Positions 14,444-22,305 of a DNA stretch of 27,102 bases are shown piece by piece. The position numbers and the translations under genes were made by a program. Source of the stretch: Planctomycetota bacterium (lineage in GTDB: Bacteria > Planctomycetota > MHYJ01 > JACPRB01); assembly GCA_016190175.1 (NCBI GenBank), contig JACPRC010000012.1, positions 1-27,102 of the forward strand. Direction: 5' to 3'. How positions within the stretch are numbered: the stretch's first letter is position 1; every line of letters starts with the position of its first letter. The notes beneath the pieces are model-generated. The model was given only the letters and a program-made list of their open reading frames with translations. It was not told the DNA's origin and searched no databases.

Positions 14444-17026
14444 TTACGGCGCCGTCGCCGCTTCGGCGACCGATTCGATCGCGATTGCCGCGACCGCCGC
14501 GCCGTAATCGAGGTCGATGTTCTTCATCGTGTCCTCGGTGTCGTGGTAGCCGGTGCGGTTGATGTCGTAGTTCTCCATGAAGAGCACGACGGGGATCCCC
14601 ATGTCGCTGAAGATCTGGCCGTCCGTGTTGTAGAGCGAGCTGCGCCGGTCCCACTCCGGCCGGATCTCGCCGATCAGCGTCGGATGTTCCGCGATCGGCG
14701 GCGGCTCGGGGCCCTCGACGCGCTTCGAACGGCCCTTGCGCCCGGCGTTCCATGCCTTCGTTCCGACGTTCCAGCGTTCGGTCGCGACATGCGCGATCCG
14801 GGCCAGCCGCGCGGAGCCGCGGCCTTCACCCGGCGCGATCTGGAAGACGTCGCGGTCCCGGTCGTGGTTGTGGGCGATCATGTCGAGGACGTACGCGCCC
14901 CGGACGCGGACCCCGAACCGCCCCGCGAGCAGGTCGCGCGCGAGGGCGCGGGCGCCGAGGCAATCCGCCGGGAACTCCTCGCCCGTGAGGTGGACGAGCC
15001 ACACGTCGCGCGCGAGGTCCATCCCCGCGAGCGCCTCCGCCGCGAGCATGAGCGCGGCGGTCGCCGAGTGATTGTCGTCCGCTCCCGAGGCCGCGGCACG
15101 CAGGCGGTCGCCCCCGCGGCTCGGGTAGTAGAGGTCCTCCATGTACGCCGTGTCGTAGTGGTCGCACATGAGGACGGCTTCGGAGCGGTCGCGTCCGGGG
15201 ATCTTCACGATGATGTTCCGCTCCCGCGCCTCGCCCGTCTGGTTCCGGCGCCATCCGTCCGACCACGGGTAGTCGAACTCCGTCTCCCAGCGGAACGAGT
15301 GGTCCTCGACCGAGCCGCGGCCGGCGAGCAGCGCCTCGTAGTAGCCGTGGAGGAAGTCGCCGAGGGGATCGAGGTGGCGCGCAGGCGCCACGGCGCGCCC
15401 CTTCGCCCCGCCGGTCCTTCCTTCGTTCGGTACGACCCGATCCGCGTTGTTCTTCTCGCGGTACTGACCGGTGCTCAGGACGGCGATCAGGCGCCAGAAG
15501 CGCTCCTCGAACTCGCGCGTGGCGGTGCGGACGAACGTGCGCGGCTCGCCGAGAGGGGGCTCTTCGCCGATGCGGGAGCGCAGCTCGTCGGACTGACGCG
15601 AGAGCCAATCCGTGAGCTTCGCATCCTTGGCGACGTCCAGCAGTCGGCGCGCGAGCGACGGCGGGAGCGGTTCCTCGAGCAGTTCGCGCCATTCGAGGAT
15701 CCGGCGCGCGTTGTCGGCGGCGCGCCGGTCCTGGGCGGCCGCTTCGACGTACCCGGCCCGCGAGGCGAGGCGCGGCCACAGCTCGACCGGCGGCGCCCCC
15801 TCGCGCTCGGCCGTGAGATGGCCGGCGAGCGCGAAGTCCGTCCCGTCTCGCCGTACGAGGATCGGCCGGTGCCAGAAGACCGACCGCGCGCGCACCCGCA
15901 TCGGGGGATAGAAGAAACGGTAGCCGAAGCGGCCGCCCGCCTTGAACGCGTCGAAGGCGGCGGAGAACTCGGCCCGCGACGCCCTCGGACCGTCGAGGAG
16001 CCGCGCGTACTTCTCGGTCCAGACCTGCGCGTTGCGGGCCATCGGCTTTCCGTACAGGCCGAGGTGGTCCGGGTCGTTCGAGAAGAGGGCCACCGTCACG
16101 GGGTCGTCGAGAAGGACGTCGCGCGTCGGGTCGTCGTCGCGCACGACGCGCTGCCAGCGGTGGCTGCGGACGATGCGGTTCGCCTTCCGGTGGCCTTCGT
16201 CCTGCTTCGCGTCCGCGACCTCGTCCAGCCAGCCCGACTGCGGGATGCGGAAGCCGGGGCGGAGCTCGGTATGCGGGAAGAGGTGGAGGAGGGGCACCTG
16301 CGTTGCGTAGGGCAGCTCGGCCGCGAGGCGCCGGTATCCCTGGTGTCCCCAGAAGAGGAGGCTCGCGGGCGAGGGGATCAGCTCGACGGAGCCGTCGAGA
16401 TAGGCGGCGCGCACGTCGGCAGGCAGCTCGGCGAAGAAACGGAACGTGAGGAGACGTTTCGCCGGTCGCCGGACGAGCTTCCGGGCGAAGGCGGGCAGCT
16501 CCTCGTCGGGACCGGGCAGGACGCTCGCGTCGCCGAAGAGCCGCAGGAACGTCGCCTCGGCGTCGGGCCGCTCGCGGCCGGGCGCCTCGAAGAAGCTCCG
16601 CCAGAAGGCGCGCTCCGGCCCCTCGTGGCTCGAGCCGAAGAGCGTCCACCGCACGTTGCCCTTGTCGTCCTGGGTGCGGGAGAGCGCGACGGGCAGGATC
16701 AGCGTCTCGGGCGGCCGGAGCGTCGGCGGCAGCGCGGGGTTGTCCCGGAGGAGGGTCTTCGAGAGCTGCGTCGCCTGCCCGCGCGCGAGCTTGTCGAGCT
16801 GCGCGAAGACGTGGCGCGCGACGTGATCGAGTCCGGGACGGAGTTCCTGCGCCTCCTCGAACTCGCTCACGTTCCAGCCGAACTCGTCGGCGGGCGCGAA
16901 GGGGTCGGGCTCGCCGGCCGGTTTGATGCCGAGGTAGGGTGGGGGCATGAACTCCGAGTAGGCGGCTAGGCGGGGCGTCTCGGTCTCCTCGCGGAGCAAC
17001 GAGGTCCAGCCGCCGTTCCGGGTCAC
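14444..17026 (-). CDS. Large protein with a C-terminal M28-family zinc peptidase domain and an uncharacterised N-terminal region of about 600 aa.
   Basis: M28-like motifs: SGADDNHSATAALMLAAE, VLDMIAHNHD, GYHDTEDT. The N-terminal region has no recognisable motifs. The antisense ORF 14114..16969 is rejected. Confidence 0.7.
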   Translation of the reverse strand: MTRNGGWTSLLREETETPRLAAYSEFMPPPYLGIKPAGEPDPFAPADEFGWNVSEFEEAQELRPGLDHVARHVFAQLDKLARGQATQLSKTLLRDNPALPPTLRPPETLILPVALSRTQDDKGNVRWTLFGSSHEGPERAFWRSFFEAPGRERPDAEATFLRLFGDASVLPGPDEELPAFARKLVRRPAKRLLTFRFFAELPADVRAAYLDGSVELIPSPASLLFWGHQGYRRLAAELPYATQVPLLHLFPHTELRPGFRIPQSGWLDEVADAKQDEGHRKANRIVRSHRWQRVVRDDDPTRDVLLDDPVTVALFSNDPDHLGLYGKPMARNAQVWTEKYARLLDGPRASRAEFSAAFDAFKAGGRFGYRFFYPPMRVRARSVFWHRPILVRRDGTDFALAGHLTAEREGAPPVELWPRLASRAGYVEAAAQDRRAADNARRILEWRELLEEPLPPSLARRLLDVAKDAKLTDWLSRQSDELRSRIGEEPPLGEPRTFVRTATREFEERFWRLIAVLSTGQYREKNNADRVVPNEGRTGGAKGRAVAPARHLDPLGDFLHGYYEALLAGRGSVEDHSFRWETEFDYPWSDGWRRNQTGEARERNIIVKIPGRDRSEAVLMCDHYDTAYMEDLYYPSRGGDRLRAAASGADDNHSATAALMLAAEALAGMDLARDVWLVHLTGEEFPADCLGARALARDLLAGRFGVRVRGAYVLDMIAHNHDRDRDVFQIAPGEGRGSARLARIAHVATERWNVGTKAWNAGRKGRSKRVEGPEPPPIAEHPTLIGEIRPEWDRRSSLYNTDGQIFSDMGIPVVLFMENYDINRTGYHDTEDTMKNIDLDYGAAVAAIAIESVAEAATAP

Positions 17027-17124
17027 ACGGGGGATATATCACATCCGAGCGCGCGGACAGGAGAAAAAAACGCGATCCTCCCCGTCCCCCCGCGCGTCTG
17101 GTTATTGTCTGGAGGAGAGATCCC

Positions 17125-17295
17125 GTGAAGAGAATCGCCGTTGGGCTCATGCCGATGCTGGTCGTCCTCGGATGCGTCTCTACGAGGATGCAACCCGTGC
17201 CGTTTGCTCCGCTCGCGTTCGGCGCCGGAGCGGACCTTCAGCCGTCGCTGCGAATTCCGCAGAGTCGAACTTCTGCATCCACCCGTGGAAGGTGA
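17125..17295 (+). CDS. Possible small lipoprotein ORF (GTG start, 56 aa: VKRIAVGLMPMLVVLGC...).
   Basis: GGAGG lies 9 nt upstream of the GTG. Signal-like h-region with lipobox VLGC. Moderate GC3 and a low-complexity C-terminus make this weak. Confidence 0.15.
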   Translation: MKRIAVGLMPMLVVLGCVSTRMQPVPFAPLAFGAGADLQPSLRIPQSRTSASTRGR

Positions 17296-17313
17296 CGAAG
17301 AAGTGAGCGAAGG

Positions 17314-18126
17314 TCACTTCCTCGCGAACAACTCCATTGCGTACGGGATCCACAGGTCCGCGTTCCGCCGGCCGGGCGCGAGGAGCTTCGGCGGCTTCTC
17401 CTCCGTGAACACGGTGTCCGGCGGGTTGTCGTTGATGCGCGTCCACGGGGCCTTGCCCGTCGCCGACGCGATCATCTGCAACGCGTGGCCGAACTTCTCC
17501 TTGTGGACGTGGTCGCGCTCGCTCTGGATGCGGAGATACGGGCAACGGAAGAGCGGCGCGAAGCGCACGGCCTCGCGCTCCTTCCACCACTCCTCGTCGG
17601 ACGTGCGGTGGCCGCCGAACGTGATGCGGCCCGGATGGTCGAAGACGCGGTCCCATACGGTAACCCAGAACCGGTCGCTCGGCCCCTCCCAGTCGATGTA
17701 GAACGCGACCTTCTCGTCCGGGTACCGGCCGAGCATCCCCGACGCCATCGCGATGCCGTAGGAGAGCGACACGATCCCGACGCGGTCGAGGTACTCCAGT
17801 TTCTTCGCGGCGCGGACGACGGCGAGAAGGCCGTCCTGGTGGATCTTGCCGTTGTAGTCCTCGGTGCCCCCGCTCTTCCCGCGCCCGTCGGGATCGAAGA
17901 TGACGAGGACCATCCCCTTCGACGTGACCTGGTCGGGGAGGGAAGGGGGCATCTGGGATCCGAACCCGATGCCCCCCGGGACGAGGATGACGGCGGGGTA
18001 TTTCCGTTGCGCGGAAGCGTCCTTGGGGGCGGAGACCCGGACCCAGAGCTTCGCCCCGCTTGCGGGATTCGTGACGTCGAGCTTCTCCTGAGCGAGAAGC
18101 GTCAGTGCGAGGGCAATCGTCTTCAT
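17314..18126 (-). CDS. Secreted alpha/beta-hydrolase-fold protein (dienelactone hydrolase / S9-like esterase).
   Basis: Signal peptide MKTIALALTLLAQE. Nucleophile elbow GIVSLSYG (GxSxG). Overall alpha/beta hydrolase pattern. Confidence 0.7.
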   Translation of the reverse strand: MKTIALALTLLAQEKLDVTNPASGAKLWVRVSAPKDASAQRKYPAVILVPGGIGFGSQMPPSLPDQVTSKGMVLVIFDPDGRGKSGGTEDYNGKIHQDGLLAVVRAAKKLEYLDRVGIVSLSYGIAMASGMLGRYPDEKVAFYIDWEGPSDRFWVTVWDRVFDHPGRITFGGHRTSDEEWWKEREAVRFAPLFRCPYLRIQSERDHVHKEKFGHALQMIASATGKAPWTRINDNPPDTVFTEEKPPKLLAPGRRNADLWIPYAMELFARK

Positions 18127-18190
18127 AAGGACGGAAGAACCTACCGGCCCGGCGGGTGCCGCGCCGGGAGAGAAAACACCCGGGCCCGGA

Positions 18191-18421
18191 TCGGGCCATC
18201 AAGAGCCATTGTCGGGCATGTCGCATTGGTTTTCGGGCATGCAAGAACGGACATCGGGCATACCAAATCGAATATCGGGCATACAAGAATGGATGTCGGG
18301 CAAGCCTGATCGTAAGTCGGGCATCATCCGATCAATATCGGGCATCATCGAATAATTATTGGGCATCATCCGATCAATGTCGGGCACTCATGAGCGCGCA
18401 TCGGGCATGAAAGAGCGACGC
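18191..18421. repeat. Phased array of 11 direct repeats with an exact 21-bp period. Each unit is the conserved octamer TCGGGCAT (ATGCCCGA on the minus strand) plus 13 variable nt. The segment is AT-enriched.
   Basis: Octamer starts at 18191, 18212, 18233, 18254, 18275, 18296, 18317, 18338, 18359, 18380 and 18401 (all spacings exactly 21). Variants are TCGGGCCA, TCGGGCAA, TTGGGCAT and TCGGGCAC. It lies between the kinase stop (18426) and the hydrolase start (18126). Confidence 0.85.
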
Positions 18422-18425
18422 GCGC

Positions 18426-20636
18426 CTACTGCCCGAACATCTCGCGGAGCCGCGGTCCCGCGTCCGGGTCCTCCAGGAGGGGCTGGAGGTACGAGTCCTT
18501 CATGGCGAACACCTTCGCCAGGACGAAGAAGGCGGGCGCGCGGTGGATGTACTTGAACCGAACCGGCGGTCCCGTCCCCTTCGTGAACAGGCCGTACTCG
18601 CCGGCGGCGGTCGCGTGCTTGATCGCGTTCTGGATGGAAGCCAGGACCGGGCGGCCCTGCTTCGCCGTCGCGCAGGCAAGATGGTACTCGGCGGGGTAGT
18701 AGTTCGTGAGCTGCGAGAACTTGCGTCCCGCCTGCTCCAGCCGGTTCTGGAGGAGATCGAGGACTCCCTGGAGATAGGTCCTCAGGTTGCTCCCAGGGAT
18801 GATCTGGACGATCGGCTCCGCCTCCCGGAACCGGCCCTGCTCGATGTGGCAGAGGGCGCGCAGGCACAGAACGGCCTCGTGCCCGCCCTTGGGGAGACGG
18901 GAGGCGGCATCGAGGATATTCTCGGCATCCTGCAGCCGGCCGTAGGTGAGGTGGGTCAGGGCGGCGATCGCCCCCATGACCGGGGTGGGGAAGTCCTCGA
19001 GGAGCTGCGGCATCTGGGACGCGTGATCGCCGTTCTTCCTGGCGTTGTAGGAGGCGATGGCCAGGAGGAGGCGGAACTCCGGAGCGGGGCCTTTGCCGCG
19101 CCGTTCCTCCTGCGGCGCCGCGACCTCGGTGTCCTTCTCGTCGAGGAGCTTGTTCACGGCGCCGGTGAAGGGCAGGTTGGAGAACTTGTCGAGCGCTTCG
19201 TGGACGGCGACGAACCGCGGGTCCTTGAGGAGACTCCGGAAGTCGATGCGATAGGGGCGGTCGACGAGCCGGAACGGTCCCGAGTTGGTCATGATGATGC
19301 CCAACTGGATCGCGCGGACCTCCCCTTCGGGTGCGCCCCGCCGCACCGCGTCCTCGAGGAGGCCGAGCGCCTCCTGATCGCGGCCCAGGAGGATCTCGGC
19401 GCGCGCGGCGACGTTGTGGCCCCAGATGTCCTTGGGGTTGCTCTCGATCGCGCGGCGCGCGAGGTCGCGGAGCCGGGCGACCTCCGCATCGCGCACGTTG
19501 AGCTCGCCGTTCAGCAAGGCGCGCCCGCCGCGCCTCCAGGGGTACGGTTCGAAGTTGCGGGGGGGCAGGTCTCCGTCGGCGGCCGGTTTCGGGATCGCGG
19601 GGAGCGGAAGGCCGACCCGGGCGGCCGGCAGACCGGGATCCGGCCTCACGGCAATGGCGATCGCGGCGCCGACCAGGACCAGCCCGGTTGCCGCCGCCGC
19701 GGGCATCCAGGTCCGGCGGACGATCCGCAGCACGGCCGACGGCGCGCGCGCGGAGACGTCCCCCCCGCCGAGCCACGAGCGAAGCTCCTTCGCCAGCGCG
19801 CCCGCGGAGGGATAGCGGTCCTCCTTCCGCTTCGCCATCGCCTTGAAGACGATCGCGGCGAGCTCCTTTGGAACCTCCTTGAGGGGCGGAGCGTCGAGGG
19901 CAAGGATCTGCTGCATCACGCCGAACGGGGTCGAGGCGCGGAACGGCAGCCGTCCCGAGAGCATCTCGTACATCAGGACGCCCAGGCTGTAGACGTCCGA
20001 CCGGGCGTCCACGTCGGCGGGCGACCCGTCCGCCTGCTCGGGCGACATGTAGTAGGGCGTCCCGATGACCGCGCCCGTGCGCGTCACGCGCTCGTCCTTG
20101 CCTATCGTGCGGGAGAGGCCGAAATCGACGAGCACCGGCCGCCCCTCCCCCGTGATGAGGATGTTGGACGGCTTGACGTCGCGATGGACGACGCCCTGGC
20201 GATGAGCGTGTTCGAGGGCCTCGGCGATCAGGACGAAACACTGCACCTTGCGGCGCGTCGGCGCGGCGGCGATGCTCGACAGCGGTTTGCCGCCGACGAG
20301 GTCCATCACCAGGAACGGCCGCCCATCGACGTCGCCGATCTCGTGGATCCGGACGATGCCCGGATGGGGCGCGCGCGACGGGGCGCGCGCCTCGCGGAGG
20401 AGCCGCTCGTAGTCCGTCTTGGAGAGCGAGGGCGGGAGGATCTTGAGGGCGACGTCGCGGTCGAGCGTGGGGTCGTGCGCCTTCCAGACCACGCCGACGC
20501 CGCCGCGGCCCAGCTCCTCGAGGAGGCGGAAGCGCCCGAACGAGGCCTGCTGCGGCACGGGCGCGGCCGGCTCCTCCTTCTCGAAGACGTTGCGGCACAG
20601 CCGGTCGAACACGGACTCGCGGGGCTTATCCGCCAT
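18426..20636 (-). CDS. Membrane Ser/Thr protein kinase: N-terminal Hanks kinase, a TM helix, and a C-terminal TPR-like helical domain.
   Basis: Motifs GRGGVGVVWKA, VALK, HRDVKPSNILI, DFGLS, GTPYYMSPE. TM segment LVLVGAAIAIAV. Its start overlaps the upstream sigma-factor stop by 11 nt. Confidence 0.85.
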   Translation of the reverse strand: MADKPRESVFDRLCRNVFEKEEPAAPVPQQASFGRFRLLEELGRGGVGVVWKAHDPTLDRDVALKILPPSLSKTDYERLLREARAPSRAPHPGIVRIHEIGDVDGRPFLVMDLVGGKPLSSIAAAPTRRKVQCFVLIAEALEHAHRQGVVHRDVKPSNILITGEGRPVLVDFGLSRTIGKDERVTRTGAVIGTPYYMSPEQADGSPADVDARSDVYSLGVLMYEMLSGRLPFRASTPFGVMQQILALDAPPLKEVPKELAAIVFKAMAKRKEDRYPSAGALAKELRSWLGGGDVSARAPSAVLRIVRRTWMPAAAATGLVLVGAAIAIAVRPDPGLPAARVGLPLPAIPKPAADGDLPPRNFEPYPWRRGGRALLNGELNVRDAEVARLRDLARRAIESNPKDIWGHNVAARAEILLGRDQEALGLLEDAVRRGAPEGEVRAIQLGIIMTNSGPFRLVDRPYRIDFRSLLKDPRFVAVHEALDKFSNLPFTGAVNKLLDEKDTEVAAPQEERRGKGPAPEFRLLLAIASYNARKNGDHASQMPQLLEDFPTPVMGAIAALTHLTYGRLQDAENILDAASRLPKGGHEAVLCLRALCHIEQGRFREAEPIVQIIPGSNLRTYLQGVLDLLQNRLEQAGRKFSQLTNYYPAEYHLACATAKQGRPVLASIQNAIKHATAAGEYGLFTKGTGPPVRFKYIHRAPAFFVLAKVFAMKDSYLQPLLEDPDAGPRLREMFGQ

Positions 20637-21375
20637 CCTTCTCCCCGCTGCCGAACAGGTACTGCATCTCGGCGTCGAGGTCCGACGGGTCGGTGACGGA
20701 CTGGAGCACGCGGTCGCGGAGGAAGCTGCGCAGGTCCGCGCGCACGCGGCGCAGCGCCCCGCGGACGGCGTCCTCGGTCACGCCGGACCGGTGCGAGAGG
20801 TCCGCGTACGAGGGCGGCGCCGGCGCGAGGTCGTACGCCTCGAAGATCTTGAAGACGTTCTCGCGTCCCGACTGCCGGTACTGGGTCCGCAGCGCCGCGA
20901 TCGCGTCCTGCATCAGCGCCTGCGCCCAGACGCGGTCGAAGGCGCGCTCGACGGACTCCGTCTTCGCCGGGAGCTGGAACAGGGGTTCCTCCGCCGCATC
21001 GATCGAGACGGGCCTCGACCCGCCGCCCCGCTTGATCCTCCCCTCGTCGCGTTTCTGGTTGAGCATGAAGTGCTCCAGCGCCGCGCGGACGAAGGAGCGG
21101 AAGCGCCCGCGGTCGGGCGAGACGGACTTGAGGAAGTCCTTCTCGAGGAACGTGGCGAAGAACTCCTGCGTGAGGTCCTTCGCGTCCTCGTTCCCGCGGT
21201 TCCACCGCAGGCGCACGAGCCAGTACACGGGCTTCCAGTAGTAGCGGCAGAGCTTCTCCAGGTTGGCCTGGGATTCCTTGTCACTCGCGTCGCGGGCGCC
21301 GAGGATGACGGTCCACAGGGTGGGCGGGAAGGCGCCGCCGGGGCCGCCGAGCTGGGTGACGGGGTCGACGTTCAT
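20626..21375 (-). CDS. ECF-type sigma-70 family sigma factor (the STK-associated type) with a C-terminal extension.
   Basis: Region-2-like LEKLCRYYWKPVYWLVRLRWNRGNEDAKDLTQEFF. Region-4 HTH-like SYADLSHRSGVTEDAVRGALRRVRADL. The ATG at 21375 overlaps the upstream stop (ATGA). Confidence 0.7.
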   Translation of the reverse strand: MNVDPVTQLGGPGGAFPPTLWTVILGARDASDKESQANLEKLCRYYWKPVYWLVRLRWNRGNEDAKDLTQEFFATFLEKDFLKSVSPDRGRFRSFVRAALEHFMLNQKRDEGRIKRGGGSRPVSIDAAEEPLFQLPAKTESVERAFDRVWAQALMQDAIAALRTQYRQSGRENVFKIFEAYDLAPAPPSYADLSHRSGVTEDAVRGALRRVRADLRSFLRDRVLQSVTDPSDLDAEMQYLFGSGEKDGG

Positions 21376-21998
21376 AGGTATCGCAGCAGCGCGCCGATCT
21401 CCTCGGGCATCTCCTCCGCGGTGCAGTACTCGCCGACGAGGCGCTCGATCTCCGCCTTCAGTTTCAACTTCGCGCGATGGACATGGTTGGTTACATCGCC
21501 CTCGCTGCGCCCGAGCGCGGCGGCGATCTCCTTGTAGGACTTCCCCCCGATCTGGAGCTCGAGGGCCGCGAAGTGGGGGTCGGGGCGCAGCCGTTCCATC
21601 GCGCGCCCGACGAGGTTCCGCACCCACAGCCGGTCGAACTCGGCGTCCGGGGGCGCCTCCGCGGGGAGATCGAAGTCGCCGAGCGCGACCTCGCGGCGCC
21701 GGTCGCGCGCGCCCGCGAGCGCGTGCCGGCGGTGCGAGGCGATCACGTGCCGCGTGACGGCGAGGAGGAGGTTGCGGAACCTCCCCTTGCTGCGGTCGGC
21801 CTTCCCCAGGAACTCCTCGCGGCAGACGCGGAGGAACACCTCCTGGGCGACGTCCTCGGCATCCTCGGGAGGGATCCCCTGCGCGCGCGCGAAGTCGACG
21901 ACGGGCTGCCGGTATCGGCGCACGACGAGGTCCTTGACGCGCTCGGGGTCGCTGCGGACCTGGAGGAGGCACGTCCACATCGTGGAGGGAAGCGGCAC
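21372..21998 (-). CDS. ECF-type sigma factor with a C-terminal extension. Start is the GTG at 21998 or the ATG at 21980.
   Basis: Region-2-like DFARAQGIPPEDAEDVAQEVFLRV. Region-4 SYKEIAAALGRSEGDVTNHVHRAKLKLK. TATACT lies 6 nt upstream of the GTG at 21998, so the transcript may be leaderless. Confidence 0.7.
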   Translation of the reverse strand: MPLPSTMWTCLLQVRSDPERVKDLVVRRYRQPVVDFARAQGIPPEDAEDVAQEVFLRVCREEFLGKADRSKGRFRNLLLAVTRHVIASHRRHALAGARDRRREVALGDFDLPAEAPPDAEFDRLWVRNLVGRAMERLRPDPHFAALELQIGGKSYKEIAAALGRSEGDVTNHVHRAKLKLKAEIERLVGEYCTAEEMPEEIGALLRYL

Positions 21999-22248
21999 GG
22001 CAATAGTATAACTCGCCCGCGGCGGGGGGCGTAGCGAGGAAATGGGGCCGTGGCGGGGAGCGCGGCGAACGGGCGCCTACTCGATCCGCGTCGCGCCCAG
22101 CACGTCGCGCGCCCGGACGATCATTCGCAGGACGCGGGCGAGGTCGGGGTCCTCGATTCTCTCGACCGGCCCGTAGAGCGTCTCCGCGCGCGCAAGCGCC
22201 GCCGAGATCAGGTGTTGGAGGATTTTCTACGCGCCCGCTTCGTTTCGA

Positions 22249-22277
22249 TTGACCCCCGCCGAACCCCGCGATAGATT
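22249..22277 (+). promoter_or_regulatory. Candidate sigma70-like promoter TTGACC-N17-TAGATT upstream of the MVP-like gene.
   Basis: Direct reading. The -10 ends about 28 nt before the ATG at 22306. GGAGG lies 8 nt upstream of that ATG. Confidence 0.3.
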
Positions 22278-22305
22278 GCCTCCCGCCCATATGGGAGGAA
22301 GAGAC

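Noticed and set aside
14114-17150. Long ORFs 14114..16969 (+) and 14826..17150 (-) overlapping the M28 gene.
   Set aside because: Antisense or alternative-frame shadows. The 14444..17026 frame carries the M28 motifs.
18199-18387. 62-aa ORF encoding the heptad repeat peptide (MPDIxxx)n across the 21-bp array.
   Set aside because: Third-codon GC is about 50% in a genome where real genes exceed 80%. More likely a by-product of a DNA-level repeat. Kept as a caveat in the finding.
18191-18421. Possible CRISPR array.
   Set aside because: The repeat unit is only 8 bp and the spacers 13 bp, far below CRISPR dimensions. No cas genes in the window.
18388-20696. ORFs 18388..20598 (-) and 18543..20696 (+) overlapping the kinase gene.
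   Set aside because: Alternative-frame or antisense shadows of the well-supported STK CDS.
22050-22274. Plus-strand 74-aa ORF in the sigma/MVP divergent intergenic region.
   Set aside because: Arg-rich and overlaps the putative MVP promoter. A minus-strand C-terminal-like fragment is also present but has no start codon. Possibly a gene remnant, not callable.
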